Assembly: GCA_963675525.2 (NCBI GenBank)
Contig: CAXXSL010000020.1
Span: forward strand, 1 to 64,000
Origin: Anaerohalosphaeraceae bacterium
GTDB lineage: Bacteria; Planctomycetota; Phycisphaerae; Sedimentisphaerales; Anaerohalosphaeraceae
Reading direction: 5' to 3'
DNA: 64,000 nucleotides
Shown here: positions 17,938 to 27,350 of the stretch, in pieces
How the letters are laid out: each line of letters opens with the position of its first letter
Position numbering within the stretch: position 1 is the first letter of the stretch
Made by a program: the position numbers and the translations under genes
Notes under the pieces: generated by a model
The model's input: the letters and a program-made list of their open reading frames with translations, nothing else
Told to the model about the DNA's origin: nothing
Database searches by the model: none

Positions 17938-20900
17938 ATGAAAAACTTTAGGAAATTTGTAAGAGAATGTTATATCAAGGAGGTTATGGTCAGTTGGCTG
18001 GTCTTTTACATGGTGTTGGGGATCCCGGCGCAGGTCGTCATGGCCAACCCGAATCCGGGTGCGACTGCACTTCCAACCGGGATTATTGACCAGCTTGGGA
18101 TAAATAATCCTGTGACGGTTAATAATGACATGTCGATCACACAAACGGCCAATCAAGCGATCGTCAATTGGCAGACCTTTGATATTGGCTCTGACGCATC
18201 GGTCACATTTACTCAACCAGGGGCGGGTTCAGCTGTGTTGAACCGTGTCCATGACGGAGCGATGTCCGGCATTATGGGTGACCTGAATGCCAACGGCAGG
18301 GTGTTCATTATTAACCCGGCCGGTATGGTTTTTGGCAGTGGTGCGAATATCAATGTCAACCAACTGGTTGCTTCAAGCCTGGACATTACCGATGCTGATT
18401 TTAGAAATGGCATGCCTTATACATTTACCGGCGGTGCTGACGCCGGCAATGTAGATTTTCGCGGTACAACAACCGATCGAGTTGAAGCCATAGCATTTAT
18501 AGGCAAACATGTCATCAATACCGGAACCGTTCTGGCAGAGAATACTGTCGTCATGGCGGCCGGCGACACTGTTAGGATCAGTGAAACCGGCGGAACAGTC
18601 GGTGTCGATGTTACGATTCCCGCGGGTGCGGATCCCTGTGGATTCAGCGGATTCACCGTAAACCACAACGGCGGCGGCATCGAAGCTCAACATGTGGTCC
18701 TTGCAGCCGGAGACATCTGGTCAAGTGCGTATATCGATGCCGAAGGCAATGGAAGCGCCAGTGTGAAAATGGACGCTAAGAGGGACGTGGATATCCGGGA
18801 CTGGGTTGATGTTGAGGCATACCCCGGTTCCCCGGCTGTTGCCACGGTGGAAATTACCGCCGGAGGCGATGTGGATATCGAAGATGAAGTCTGTGTTGAA
18901 GCTTATGGTGACGGTGATAATAATGCAACCGCGACGATTACCGTTAATGCCGGCGGAGACGTTACCGTCGATGGTTACGATGACGACGCCGGACTGTATG
19001 CTGAAGCATATGGCGGCGCTACGAATACCGCTGAGATTACGATTAGCGCTGTTGAAGATGTAGAGGTAACTGCCGAGTATGGTTACGCAGATGTCTATGC
19101 CGGAACCTATGGCGGTACAACCAATAACTCGAGCGTAGATGTGACTGCGGGCGGCGATGTCAGAGTTGATGCATACGATGACAGCTTTGCGGGCATCGAG
19201 GCGGAAGCCTATGCACAGCCCTATCCCGAACAGACAGTTACCAATACGGTCAGTACCACCATCAATGCCGGCGGCAAAGTGGTTGCCAGGGCCGACGATG
19301 ACAGCGAAGTGGACATCGATTCGGAAGCATGGAACGGTACAAAGAATACGGCTACTACCACAATCACGGCCGGTGAGTATGTCAAGGCAAAGGCCACCGA
19401 TGACGGCGATGCGGCCATCGAGGCTGAAGCTCATGGCGGCACAGCCAGCAACACGGCCACTGTCGATATTACCGTTACCGGTGTAGAGGATTCTGAAAAC
19501 TACCGCAATGGCGGCGTTTACGTTATTGCCGAATATGACAGTCAGGCCGAAATTGAAGCCCTGGCTGACATGGATATAGAGTATGGCGAGTTTTCTCAAG
19601 CTGCAGCATCAGAGAGGCCTTATATCGAACCAATGGCTGTCAATACCGCCAAAACCGTGATCAACGCGGCCGAAGAAGTTGAGGTAACAGCCGATGGAAG
19701 CTACTCTGAAGCGTATCTGGATGCAGTCGCTAATAATGGTTTAACCAATAGCGGTACGGTGACGGTGACTGCCGGTTGTGATGTGATCGTACGGGCTGAT
19801 GGTTATGACAGCGAGGCCTTTTTGGGTTCGGATGTCTGGGAAGGCGAAACGAACACGGCCGCTGTCACTGTTGATGCAGGCGGAAATGTCCTGGTTATTG
19901 CCATGGGTGACGATGAGGGCGATACGGAAGCGGAAATCGGAGCCTATGCCGAAGAGGCATGTCTCAGCAATGAGGCCAGTGTAGACATCACGGCTAACAA
20001 TGTAGTTGCTTTTGCCGGGAATGACGGCGATGCACGCATCAAAGCCCGGGCTGCTCATACATATGGTCAAGAGGAGCCGAAGATTGAAACTCTTATTGCA
20101 CAACAATCAGACGGCGAAGAACCTGCAGCTGACGGCACTTCGAATACCGCAAGCGTGACGATCCATGCCTTCAAGGTTGCGATCGAAGAACCGGTTGAAG
20201 AGCCTTCAGTACCCGATGGACCCAGCTTTGCTTCGGCTCTGCCATCTGGTGGTCTTGATGAAATCCTGGCCGATTATATCGACGGCGGGCATGTTGCCGC
20301 GGTCGCTTACAATGGCGGCGATGCCCAGATCGAGGCAGTTACGTATGGCGGCTATGGTTCAGATCCCATCAACACATCCGATGTCCTGATCTGTGCCGAA
20401 GGTATCGTTGCAGCCGGAGCACTCGATTGCGGGGAACGCTATACCAATGCCGAGATCAGCGCACTGTCGCATTTCGGGTTTGAGAATAATTCCAGTGTCG
20501 GCATCGGCGCCCAGCAGGGTGTCGGCGTACTGGCAATGGGTTGGGGTGCCAGCGCATCGATTTCATCCGATGCGATGTATGGGTACACCAATACAGCGGA
20601 TCTGGTCGCCTGCACAGGCGGACCTGTCGGAGTGCTGGCCATGAACGGCGGCGAAGCGGCGATCGAATCCGGGGCTTTCTACGGCCAGACAGACAGCGCC
20701 TACACGGGCGTTCGTGCAGACAGCCTGGTGATCGTGGGTGCTGCCAATAACGGCGATGCCATTATCACCTCCGAAGCCGGTTCAGAGCAGGGAAGCGATA
20801 TTGTACGTTCGACATCACTGAACGGGTACTATGAACCGCCTACCGCAACCGCTGAAACGATCGTTGTCAGCATGGACAGCGGCGTTGCAGTTGTGGCGTT

Positions 20901-22527
20901 GGAAGAAGGCTATGCCGACATCTCATCGTCTGCGAATGCTTACTTCAGCGATGCCTACACAGGTGTCGATGCACAGGATCATGTCATCGTTGCCGCCGGT
21001 ACGGATGAGTACCTCGAAGGCAACTTTGGTGATTTCTTTGGTGGCGGCGACTCCAAGAGCCTTAAGAGTATTGGTGGTTCAGGCGGTGAGGCCTACATTC
21101 GTTCTGAAGCCGGCAGCTCGTATCGAATTGCATCAAGTGTCGAGAAGGTTGACGTTCAGCAAGTACCGAATGGAGAGTATGTTCCGTCAACAGCCAATGC
21201 TGAAACCGCGGTGATTTCTCACGAGGGCAGCGTTTTGGTGGCCGATGCAACAGGTTATGGAGTCGGCAGTGCGGCGATTGAATCCGGTGCCTACAATGCT
21301 TATTCAAACACGGCTTATACAGGTGTAGCGGCCGGAGCGAGTCTGACTCCTGCCACGGCAAATGCCGAAGACGAACTTCCTGAGGAAGAGCCGGATAATA
21401 TCATCGATTACGTTGAGACTCTTTACCATTTTAAACTGGCTGAGGAAATCGGAACCGGTAACGTAATTGTTTCCGCCGAAGGGCCAGGCAGCGATGCACG
21501 GATTATTTCCGAGACAGCTTATGGGTTCGAAAACACTGCGGATACCGTCGTCTGTGCTCCAGGCGAGGTTAGCGTCGAAAGTGACGACTATTTCAATAAT
21601 GACCCCTGTTATTTCACAGTTGATTCCGTCTATCTGGGCGGACCGAGTATCGCAACCATTAAATCCTGGGCCCATGGCGGAGAGATTGACACCGCTACGA
21701 CCCAGGTTTACGCAAGTGAAGTGTATGTTGAGGTTGATACCCTCCGGTATGGTAATGGAATCGGTGCCTATGGAGACGGCGGCTGGATCAATATCGACAA
21801 CAACACCGCAAATGACGGTTATGGTAATGGTTACCCGTCAGACGGCGGTTGGGATTGGGTGGCGAGTGAAGATGATTCGATCCTGTTCGAGGGCGAGTCA
21901 GAGGGTTCTACCCTCATTATCGACAGCTATGCCAGCAAGCGGGATTGTCCCGATTGCCCGCCGATCCCCGATTGTCCCGATTGCGGCGAAGAACTGTTGG
22001 CACCGGTTGCACCGTTGCCTCAGTTTGAAGTACCCCGAATTGAGGGTTGTCCGGCTTTGATGCAGGCAACTGCGATGGAACTTGGAATTCCAGCTGAGAC
22101 GCTCCAGATTGCGATTGGCAATTCAGTCGCGATGAACCCGACCATTCAGCCGTGTCAGGCGTGTTCGACGCTTATCGGTTCGGCTAACCTGTTAAAGAAT
22201 GAAGGCGGCATGCGGATGGCGGCGATGGTTCAGGCGTTCAACACACTGGCTCCGGCCGATGCACCGTTCACGCCGGAACTGTCCGCTTCGGTTGCGACGG
22301 CATTTGCAACAGCTGAAGAAGGTTCGATCTATGCCTCAGCAGCCGAATACATTGATGCACTGGTTCAGTATGTTAACACTCTGGATACCGATCTCGGTTC
22401 GCCAGTGGGTGATTCCGTGGCCTACGTCATGGAAAAATACGGCACACAGATAACCGGCAGCAGTAATGCAAATCTGACGGCCTTTGTGACAGCTCGAATT
22501 GAAACCTCGGCAACCTTCGCTGAGTAA
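17938..22527 (+). CDS. Filamentous-haemagglutinin-family exoprotein (TpsA), very acidic
   Basis: TPS domain AIVNWQTFDIG, VLNRV, ANGRVFIINPAGMVFG; ~33-aa beta repeats; Cys/Pro linker and helical C-terminal domain. Confidence 0.9.
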   Translation: MKNFRKFVRECYIKEVMVSWLVFYMVLGIPAQVVMANPNPGATALPTGIIDQLGINNPVTVNNDMSITQTANQAIVNWQTFDIGSDASVTFTQPGAGSAVLNRVHDGAMSGIMGDLNANGRVFIINPAGMVFGSGANINVNQLVASSLDITDADFRNGMPYTFTGGADAGNVDFRGTTTDRVEAIAFIGKHVINTGTVLAENTVVMAAGDTVRISETGGTVGVDVTIPAGADPCGFSGFTVNHNGGGIEAQHVVLAAGDIWSSAYIDAEGNGSASVKMDAKRDVDIRDWVDVEAYPGSPAVATVEITAGGDVDIEDEVCVEAYGDGDNNATATITVNAGGDVTVDGYDDDAGLYAEAYGGATNTAEITISAVEDVEVTAEYGYADVYAGTYGGTTNNSSVDVTAGGDVRVDAYDDSFAGIEAEAYAQPYPEQTVTNTVSTTINAGGKVVARADDDSEVDIDSEAWNGTKNTATTTITAGEYVKAKATDDGDAAIEAEAHGGTASNTATVDITVTGVEDSENYRNGGVYVIAEYDSQAEIEALADMDIEYGEFSQAAASERPYIEPMAVNTAKTVINAAEEVEVTADGSYSEAYLDAVANNGLTNSGTVTVTAGCDVIVRADGYDSEAFLGSDVWEGETNTAAVTVDAGGNVLVIAMGDDEGDTEAEIGAYAEEACLSNEASVDITANNVVAFAGNDGDARIKARAAHTYGQEEPKIETLIAQQSDGEEPAADGTSNTASVTIHAFKVAIEEPVEEPSVPDGPSFASALPSGGLDEILADYIDGGHVAAVAYNGGDAQIEAVTYGGYGSDPINTSDVLICAEGIVAAGALDCGERYTNAEISALSHFGFENNSSVGIGAQQGVGVLAMGWGASASISSDAMYGYTNTADLVACTGGPVGVLAMNGGEAAIESGAFYGQTDSAYTGVRADSLVIVGAANNGDAIITSEAGSEQGSDIVRSTSLNGYYEPPTATAETIVVSMDSGVAVVALEEGYADISSSANAYFSDAYTGVDAQDHVIVAAGTDEYLEGNFGDFFGGGDSKSLKSIGGSGGEAYIRSEAGSSYRIASSVEKVDVQQVPNGEYVPSTANAETAVISHEGSVLVADATGYGVGSAAIESGAYNAYSNTAYTGVAAGASLTPATANAEDELPEEEPDNIIDYVETLYHFKLAEEIGTGNVIVSAEGPGSDARIISETAYGFENTADTVVCAPGEVSVESDDYFNNDPCYFTVDSVYLGGPSIATIKSWAHGGEIDTATTQVYASEVYVEVDTLRYGNGIGAYGDGGWINIDNNTANDGYGNGYPSDGGWDWVASEDDSILFEGESEGSTLIIDSYASKRDCPDCPPIPDCPDCGEELLAPVAPLPQFEVPRIEGCPALMQATAMELGIPAETLQIAIGNSVAMNPTIQPCQACSTLIGSANLLKNEGGMRMAAMVQAFNTLAPADAPFTPELSASVATAFATAEEGSIYASAAEYIDALVQYVNTLDTDLGSPVGDSVAYVMEKYGTQITGSSNANLTAFVTARIETSATFAE

Positions 22528-22554
22528 TCAGCAACCAGGTTGATCGATTTTTTA

Positions 22555-22598
22555 AAAAGCAGGTCTGTCTCCTTGCGGGGGGGCAGACCTGTTCTTTT
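22555..22598 (+). terminator. Intrinsic terminator after tpsA
   Basis: gcaggtctgtctcc-ttgc-gggggggcagacctgt plus tctttt. Confidence 0.8.
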
Positions 22599-22691
22599 GG
22601 GACGTCTTTTTCTTTTTTCCTTGCTATTGTCGGTATTGGGGGAGTATAAAGATGTTTCTCAGGTCACCATTCGTTAACCCGGAGAAACAAG

Positions 22692-23096
22692 ATGAATATC
22701 GAAGCCTTTTTATTGTGTGATGCAGCGACGGACCAGCGTGGAAAATTGAATGTGCTGGGAGCGTTCGACAATATATCCTTTCAGAACGTTCCGGCTCGAT
22801 ATCCGGCCTGTGCAGTAGCGGCACGCATACGATTCGAGACGGTCGAAGAGGGCAACCATCCGATACGTCTCCACATCATTGATGAAGACGGGACATCCAT
22901 CGGACCGAAACTGGAAGGCAACATTTCGGTGAAGGTTCAGGAACATGCAGACACTGCTGTTGTGAATATGATTCTAAACATGCATGGTCTTGAATTTAAA
23001 AAGTTTGGAAAATACCGCATTGATCTGGCTGTCGATGGAACGATTCGGGCGTCCCTGCCGCTGCGGATCAACCCACCGGATCCTTCGAGGAACTGA
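22692..23096 (+). CDS. Conserved hypothetical beta-sandwich protein (DUF6941-like)
   Basis: FLLCDAA..GKLNVLGAFD..GKYRIDLAVDG pattern. Confidence 0.7.
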   Translation: MNIEAFLLCDAATDQRGKLNVLGAFDNISFQNVPARYPACAVAARIRFETVEEGNHPIRLHIIDEDGTSIGPKLEGNISVKVQEHADTAVVNMILNMHGLEFKKFGKYRIDLAVDGTIRASLPLRINPPDPSRN

Positions 23097-23225
23097 TTTT
23101 TTTAGTGCTGTCGAAACAAAAAAAACACCTTCAAAAACAAGGCTTTTCAATTCATGTAATTGATTTTTTTAACTGGGAATGATGGTGTCCGAAAAACTTC
23201 GTTTTTCGAGCTCATCCTCAAACCT

Positions 23226-23254
23226 TTGACAATATCCCCCAAATCGTTTAATCT
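23226..23254 (+). promoter_or_regulatory. Sigma70 promoter TTGACA-N17-TAATCT for queE
   Basis: Consensus match. Confidence 0.6.
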
Positions 23255-23305
23255 TCCAAATAAAGAAACCAAGTTGACTAATTTAAAGGGCAGAGAATCT
23301 GGACG

Positions 23306-23983
23306 ATGGTAATTAACGATGTTTTTTATTCACTTCAGGGGGAGGGGCGCCTGGCCGGGGTGCCAAGCGTTTTTATTCGACTGGCAGGCTGTCCTTTGCG
23401 TTGTAAGTGGTGCGACACGAAGTATGCCTGGGACGCTGCTACGGGCACCGAACTGTCAACAGAACAGATTCTCAAGCAAATCAGCGTATATCCTACGCGC
23501 TTTGCGGTAGTGACCGGCGGCGAACCGATGATCGGACGGGACATTAGGGAACTTGTCTCGCAATTGCATGACAATGGTTATCATATCACGATCGAGACCG
23601 CCGGAATCGAATATGTGGTCGGTTTGCCGGTTGAATTAATGAGCATCAGTCCGAAGTTGAGCAATTCACTTGCGGAGTTCCCCGGCAAACCTCTGTCCGG
23701 GCATTCTCACTTTGAGCCCTTGGCACTGCAGCAGTTGATTGCCGCTTACAACTACCAGCTTAAATTTGTCGTGGATCAGCCTGATGACCTCAACGAGATC
23801 GCCGCATGTCTTGTGCAGTTGGAAAATGTCGATCCCGATAAGATATTTCTCATGCCGCAGGCGACGGAACTTAAAGAATACCTCGAAAAATCACGCTGGC
23901 TGGCTGACTATTGCATGCAAACCGGCTTTGGTTTTTCACCACGCCTTCAGGTCATGCTCTGGCCCGGTCAAAAAGGAAAATAG
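23306..23983 (+). CDS. queE: 7-carboxy-7-deazaguanine synthase (radical SAM)
   Basis: FYSLQGEG, FIRLAGCPLRCKWCDT, TGGEP, IETAG, SISPK. Confidence 0.92.
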   Translation: MVINDVFYSLQGEGRLAGVPSVFIRLAGCPLRCKWCDTKYAWDAATGTELSTEQILKQISVYPTRFAVVTGGEPMIGRDIRELVSQLHDNGYHITIETAGIEYVVGLPVELMSISPKLSNSLAEFPGKPLSGHSHFEPLALQQLIAAYNYQLKFVVDQPDDLNEIAACLVQLENVDPDKIFLMPQATELKEYLEKSRWLADYCMQTGFGFSPRLQVMLWPGQKGK

Positions 23984-24105
23984 TGCGGCAGGAGGATTTA
24001 TTTTTGTATCATCGGGTCGTCGATTTTAAGATTGCCAAAAGCGGGAGGTATCGCTATATTATCGTCGGTCTATAATTGATCCACGAGTGTTTAAAAGGAG
24101 TTCAT

Positions 24106-24459
24106 ATGATCGTTGTTAACACAGAAACCATTCCGGGAATGAAAATTATCCAGATTAAAGGGCTTGTGCAGGGCAATACCGTCCGTGCCAAGCATGTCGG
24201 GCGGGACATTGCGGCCTCGTTCAAAAATCTTGTGGGTGGCGAGTTGACCGGCTATACGGAACTGCTGGTCGAATCCCGCCGGGAGGCGATGGCCCGTATG
24301 CTGGCTCAGGCCCAGCAGTTGGGTGCCAATGCTGTGCTCAATGTGCGGTTTGCGACCAGTTCCATTACTGCCGGTGCCGCGGAACTGTACTGCTATGGAA
24401 CAGCGGTTATCGTAACGGCCAACACTCCGCAGTCGTCCCCTCAACCTCACGCTCAATAG
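24106..24459 (+). CDS. YbjQ/UPF0145 family protein
   Basis: GRDIAASFKNLVGGELTGYTELL..GANAVLNVRF..YGTAV. Confidence 0.92.
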   Translation: MIVVNTETIPGMKIIQIKGLVQGNTVRAKHVGRDIAASFKNLVGGELTGYTELLVESRREAMARMLAQAQQLGANAVLNVRFATSSITAGAAELYCYGTAVIVTANTPQSSPQPHAQ

Positions 24460-24468
24460 GATAACGAA

Positions 24469-24918
24469 ATGGAAGCAATCATTCAAATTCTGATTCCGCT
24501 GTCGTTTGTGTTGCTTGGGCTCATCATTGGCAAGGGCATCGAACTGCATCATTTTCGTAAACTCGACGAACGCGAAACAGAGTTTCAGGACATGATGATA
24601 ACAAATCTTAAAACCATTCCCGCCCAATATGCAAACAGTCAGCCATATTTGGTGATGGGCTCAGCTGTTATCGCCACCGATTATTTTAAGGTGTTTGCGG
24701 CGAAACTGCGGACGCTGTTTGGTGGAGAAATGAAATCCTACGTGACACTCATGGAACGGGCACGCCGCGAGGCGGTTTTACGAATGCTCGAACAGGCCGC
24801 CCAGCAGGGCGCTCGCGTTGTCTGGAATGTGCGGTATGAAACAACCTGCACCGGCGGCCAGCAAAGGAGAAAGCCCGGCGGCGTGGAAATTCTTGTCTAC
24901 GGAACGGCGCTGAAATGA
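24469..24918 (+). CDS. YbjQ-family protein with N-terminal TM anchor
   Basis: LFGGEMKSY..ARREAVLRM..VYGTA. Confidence 0.88.
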   Translation: MEAIIQILIPLSFVLLGLIIGKGIELHHFRKLDERETEFQDMMITNLKTIPAQYANSQPYLVMGSAVIATDYFKVFAAKLRTLFGGEMKSYVTLMERARREAVLRMLEQAAQQGARVVWNVRYETTCTGGQQRRKPGGVEILVYGTALK

Positions 24919-25685
24919 GTACGCCTGCGGACTATTTTGACATCAATTCCGAGCCGTCAAATTTTCCGGGCCGATTTCCCCCTGATTCGTCGGAGCAATC
25001 TGTTCTGTCTATCGATGGGCATGAAGACGAAATTTCCACCATTCGGGATTCCGTTTCAAACGAACCGGCTTTCACCGGCGAATTGAAACAGGCTGATCTG
25101 GCTCGATGGCTCGCCGAAAAACGTGCTCAATGCACACTGACAGGAAATGTAACCGTGACGCTGATTGCGGCATTGGCGGCCGGGCCGTTTGCGATCGTCG
25201 GAGCATTTATTGAAGGCATCAATGCTTTGTTCACATTAAATCCGATTGTCCGGATGATCGTTTTTATCCTTTATATGTTTCTTTATGCCCCCATCGTTGA
25301 AGAATTGCTCAAACAGTCCGGAATGATCTACTTATTAGAGAAAAAACCGTATCGCCTTTTTTCCGCAGGTCAGTTTGTGATTGCAGCAGGCATTTCGGCG
25401 CTCATCTTTTCAGCGATCGAAAATCTTCTCTACATCCATTTCTATACAAATCCGACAACGCTCAATGATCCGCATGGTTTTGCCTGTTTTCGCTGGACAG
25501 TCTGCACGCTGCTGCATGTGACCTGTTCGGTCATCGCATCTTTCGGCCTGATTCGTGTCTGGAAAAAGCAGCTCGCGGACGGCAGGGCGGCCGACTTAGC
25601 ATATGGATTCTGGCCGTTTGCTATCGCAATGGGACTGCACGGAGCCTATAATTTAACGATGCTGCTAATAGGCCCGAGATTTTGA
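24915..25685 (+). CDS. PrsW-family intramembrane glutamic protease
   Basis: APIVEELLK, FSAIENL, LH, LHGAYN; multiple TM helices. Confidence 0.82.
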   Translation: MSTPADYFDINSEPSNFPGRFPPDSSEQSVLSIDGHEDEISTIRDSVSNEPAFTGELKQADLARWLAEKRAQCTLTGNVTVTLIAALAAGPFAIVGAFIEGINALFTLNPIVRMIVFILYMFLYAPIVEELLKQSGMIYLLEKKPYRLFSAGQFVIAAGISALIFSAIENLLYIHFYTNPTTLNDPHGFACFRWTVCTLLHVTCSVIASFGLIRVWKKQLADGRAADLAYGFWPFAIAMGLHGAYNLTMLLIGPRF

Positions 25686-25691
25686 GCATTG

Positions 25692-26330
25692 TCAGGTCAA
25701 TTCCACTGACCAGTAGGCATGATCCAGAAACTGCTTCCAGCTTTTATATCGCTCGTGGCTGAGGTGAACGTGTATAACGGGGTTGTTTTTGGGTTTTACG
25801 GGTTTTTTGATGAGTTTCATGTGTGCCTGAGTCGGCGTGCGGCCGCCTTTTTTGACGTTGCATTTCAGGCAGGCACAGACAATATTTTCCCATGATGTCC
25901 GGCCGCCCAACCGACGGGGGATCACGTGATCCAACGATAATTCCTGACTCGGAAATCGCTTGCCGCAGTACTGACAGTGGTTTCCATCACGAGCGAACAG
26001 ATTACGCCGATTAAATTTGACGCTTTTGTTCGGGATTCGGTCATAGGTCAACAGCCGGATGACCCGTGGAACAACAATGTCAAAGTTGACCGTGGAAATC
26101 CAGTCATGTTTGTGGGCCTCAAAGGAACGCCGCATTTGACTGACTTCCTTCCAGCTTTGAAAGTTGTAATTGGCGTAAGAACCGTCATCACAGGAAATAA
26201 CCTCGGCGTGTTCGGAAAACAGAAGGGAAAAAGCACGTTTGACCCCAATGACACAAAGAGCCATATAGTGCTTATTCAGAACAAGCACACGACAGTCAAC
26301 AGCTTGTTGCGGTTGAACACCTAACATCAT
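25692..26330 (-). CDS. HNH endonuclease (McrA-like)
   Basis: VLVLN, PRVIRL, RDGNHCQYCG, LDHVIPR..GG..WENIVCAC..CN..KG. Confidence 0.93.
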   Translation of the reverse strand: MMLGVQPQQAVDCRVLVLNKHYMALCVIGVKRAFSLLFSEHAEVISCDDGSYANYNFQSWKEVSQMRRSFEAHKHDWISTVNFDIVVPRVIRLLTYDRIPNKSVKFNRRNLFARDGNHCQYCGKRFPSQELSLDHVIPRRLGGRTSWENIVCACLKCNVKKGGRTPTQAHMKLIKKPVKPKNNPVIHVHLSHERYKSWKQFLDHAYWSVELT

Positions 26331-26491
26331 CTCCTCGCTTAATAATTCTCATCCGTCATGCGAAACGAATATGTGTGAGAACTATTTGCGGTAAGTAAAA
26401 CGTATATTTAAAATAACAAACCCGCGTGTCATTTTAAGCATTCCAATCACTTCCTGTTTCGCTGAAAGTAACGCAGGAAAAACATGCGATA

Positions 26492-26707
26492 TTAAGTCGT
26501 CACTATTTCTTTCAGAGAAAGATTTTGGGCTCTGAGACCTTTTTCGCCGGGAACGATCTCGAATGTTACCGCTTCACCTTCATCCAGGGAACGCAAAGAC
26601 GGATCTGAAAAACAGGTGTAATGGACAAAAACATCCTGCCCATTGTCATTGACGACAAATCCGTATCCTTTTCTTTTGTCATACCACTTGACCTTGCCTT
26701 CGGTCAT
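26492..26707 (-). CDS. Cold-shock protein
   Basis: GKVKWY..KGYGFV..DVFVHY; ATG 26707 after GGAGGTG. Confidence 0.95.
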   Translation of the reverse strand: MTEGKVKWYDKRKGYGFVVNDNGQDVFVHYTCFSDPSLRSLDEGEAVTFEIVPGEKGLRAQNLSLKEIVTT

Positions 26708-26784
26708 GACGAACACCTCCGCCGCAGCAACCTTTGGGTTTTAACGACTTTCATTCTATAGCTTATCTTTATCTAAAACGGCTA

Positions 26785-27099
26785 TTAACTTTGAGGATTT
26801 TTAACAAGAGGGGTAGGTGATGCTAATTTTTCTTTCATCATTCGGCCCATCTTGAACTTGACACTTCGTTTGGGAGGAACCTGTACCCGTTCGAGTGTTT
26901 TGGGATTCTGGGCCACACGAGCGCTCCGTGTGCGTGTTTCAAATACACCAAAATCACGGAACTCCAATCGGTTGTCATCCGCTAACTCATTGATGATCTC
27001 GTCAAGGAAACTTTGCACAATACGTTTAACGACAACTCGTTTTGCCTGCGTTGTCTCTGCGATCCTGTCAATGAGTTCTTTTTTTGTGATTGTTGACAT
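26785..27099 (-). CDS. HU/IHF-family DNA-binding protein
   Basis: TKKELID, LEFRDFGVFE, AQNPKT, VKFKMG. Confidence 0.95.
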   Translation of the reverse strand: MSTITKKELIDRIAETTQAKRVVVKRIVQSFLDEIINELADDNRLEFRDFGVFETRTRSARVAQNPKTLERVQVPPKRSVKFKMGRMMKEKLASPTPLVKNPQS

Positions 27100-27350
27100 T
27101 TGCTACCCTCTTGATTTAGAGTGAACATCTCCTGCATGGTCCGGCAACAACAAATATTCATACGGAAGCATTACCAAAGCTTTCACAAATTACTATACAT
27201 AAAAGACTTCGATGCATCAAGGGTTTTTTGGGACTTTTTTAAAAAAGTGCAAATTTCCCCAAAAAAGCAATCTTGGGGTTTTTATGCCCTTTGCGAATAA
27301 CTTTCTTGACCGAATCCGGTATTCCGGCAATAATACTGGTTTTTAAATCT

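Noticed and set aside
15929..22527. Contact-dependent inhibition (CdiBAI) locus
   Set aside because: No VENN-type motif or recognisable toxin tip; a terminator follows directly with no immunity ORF
23306..26330. 7-deazaguanine DNA-modification (Dpd) system from queE plus HNH
   Set aside because: No dpdA/tgt, queC, queD or folE nearby; the genes are in separate, opposing units
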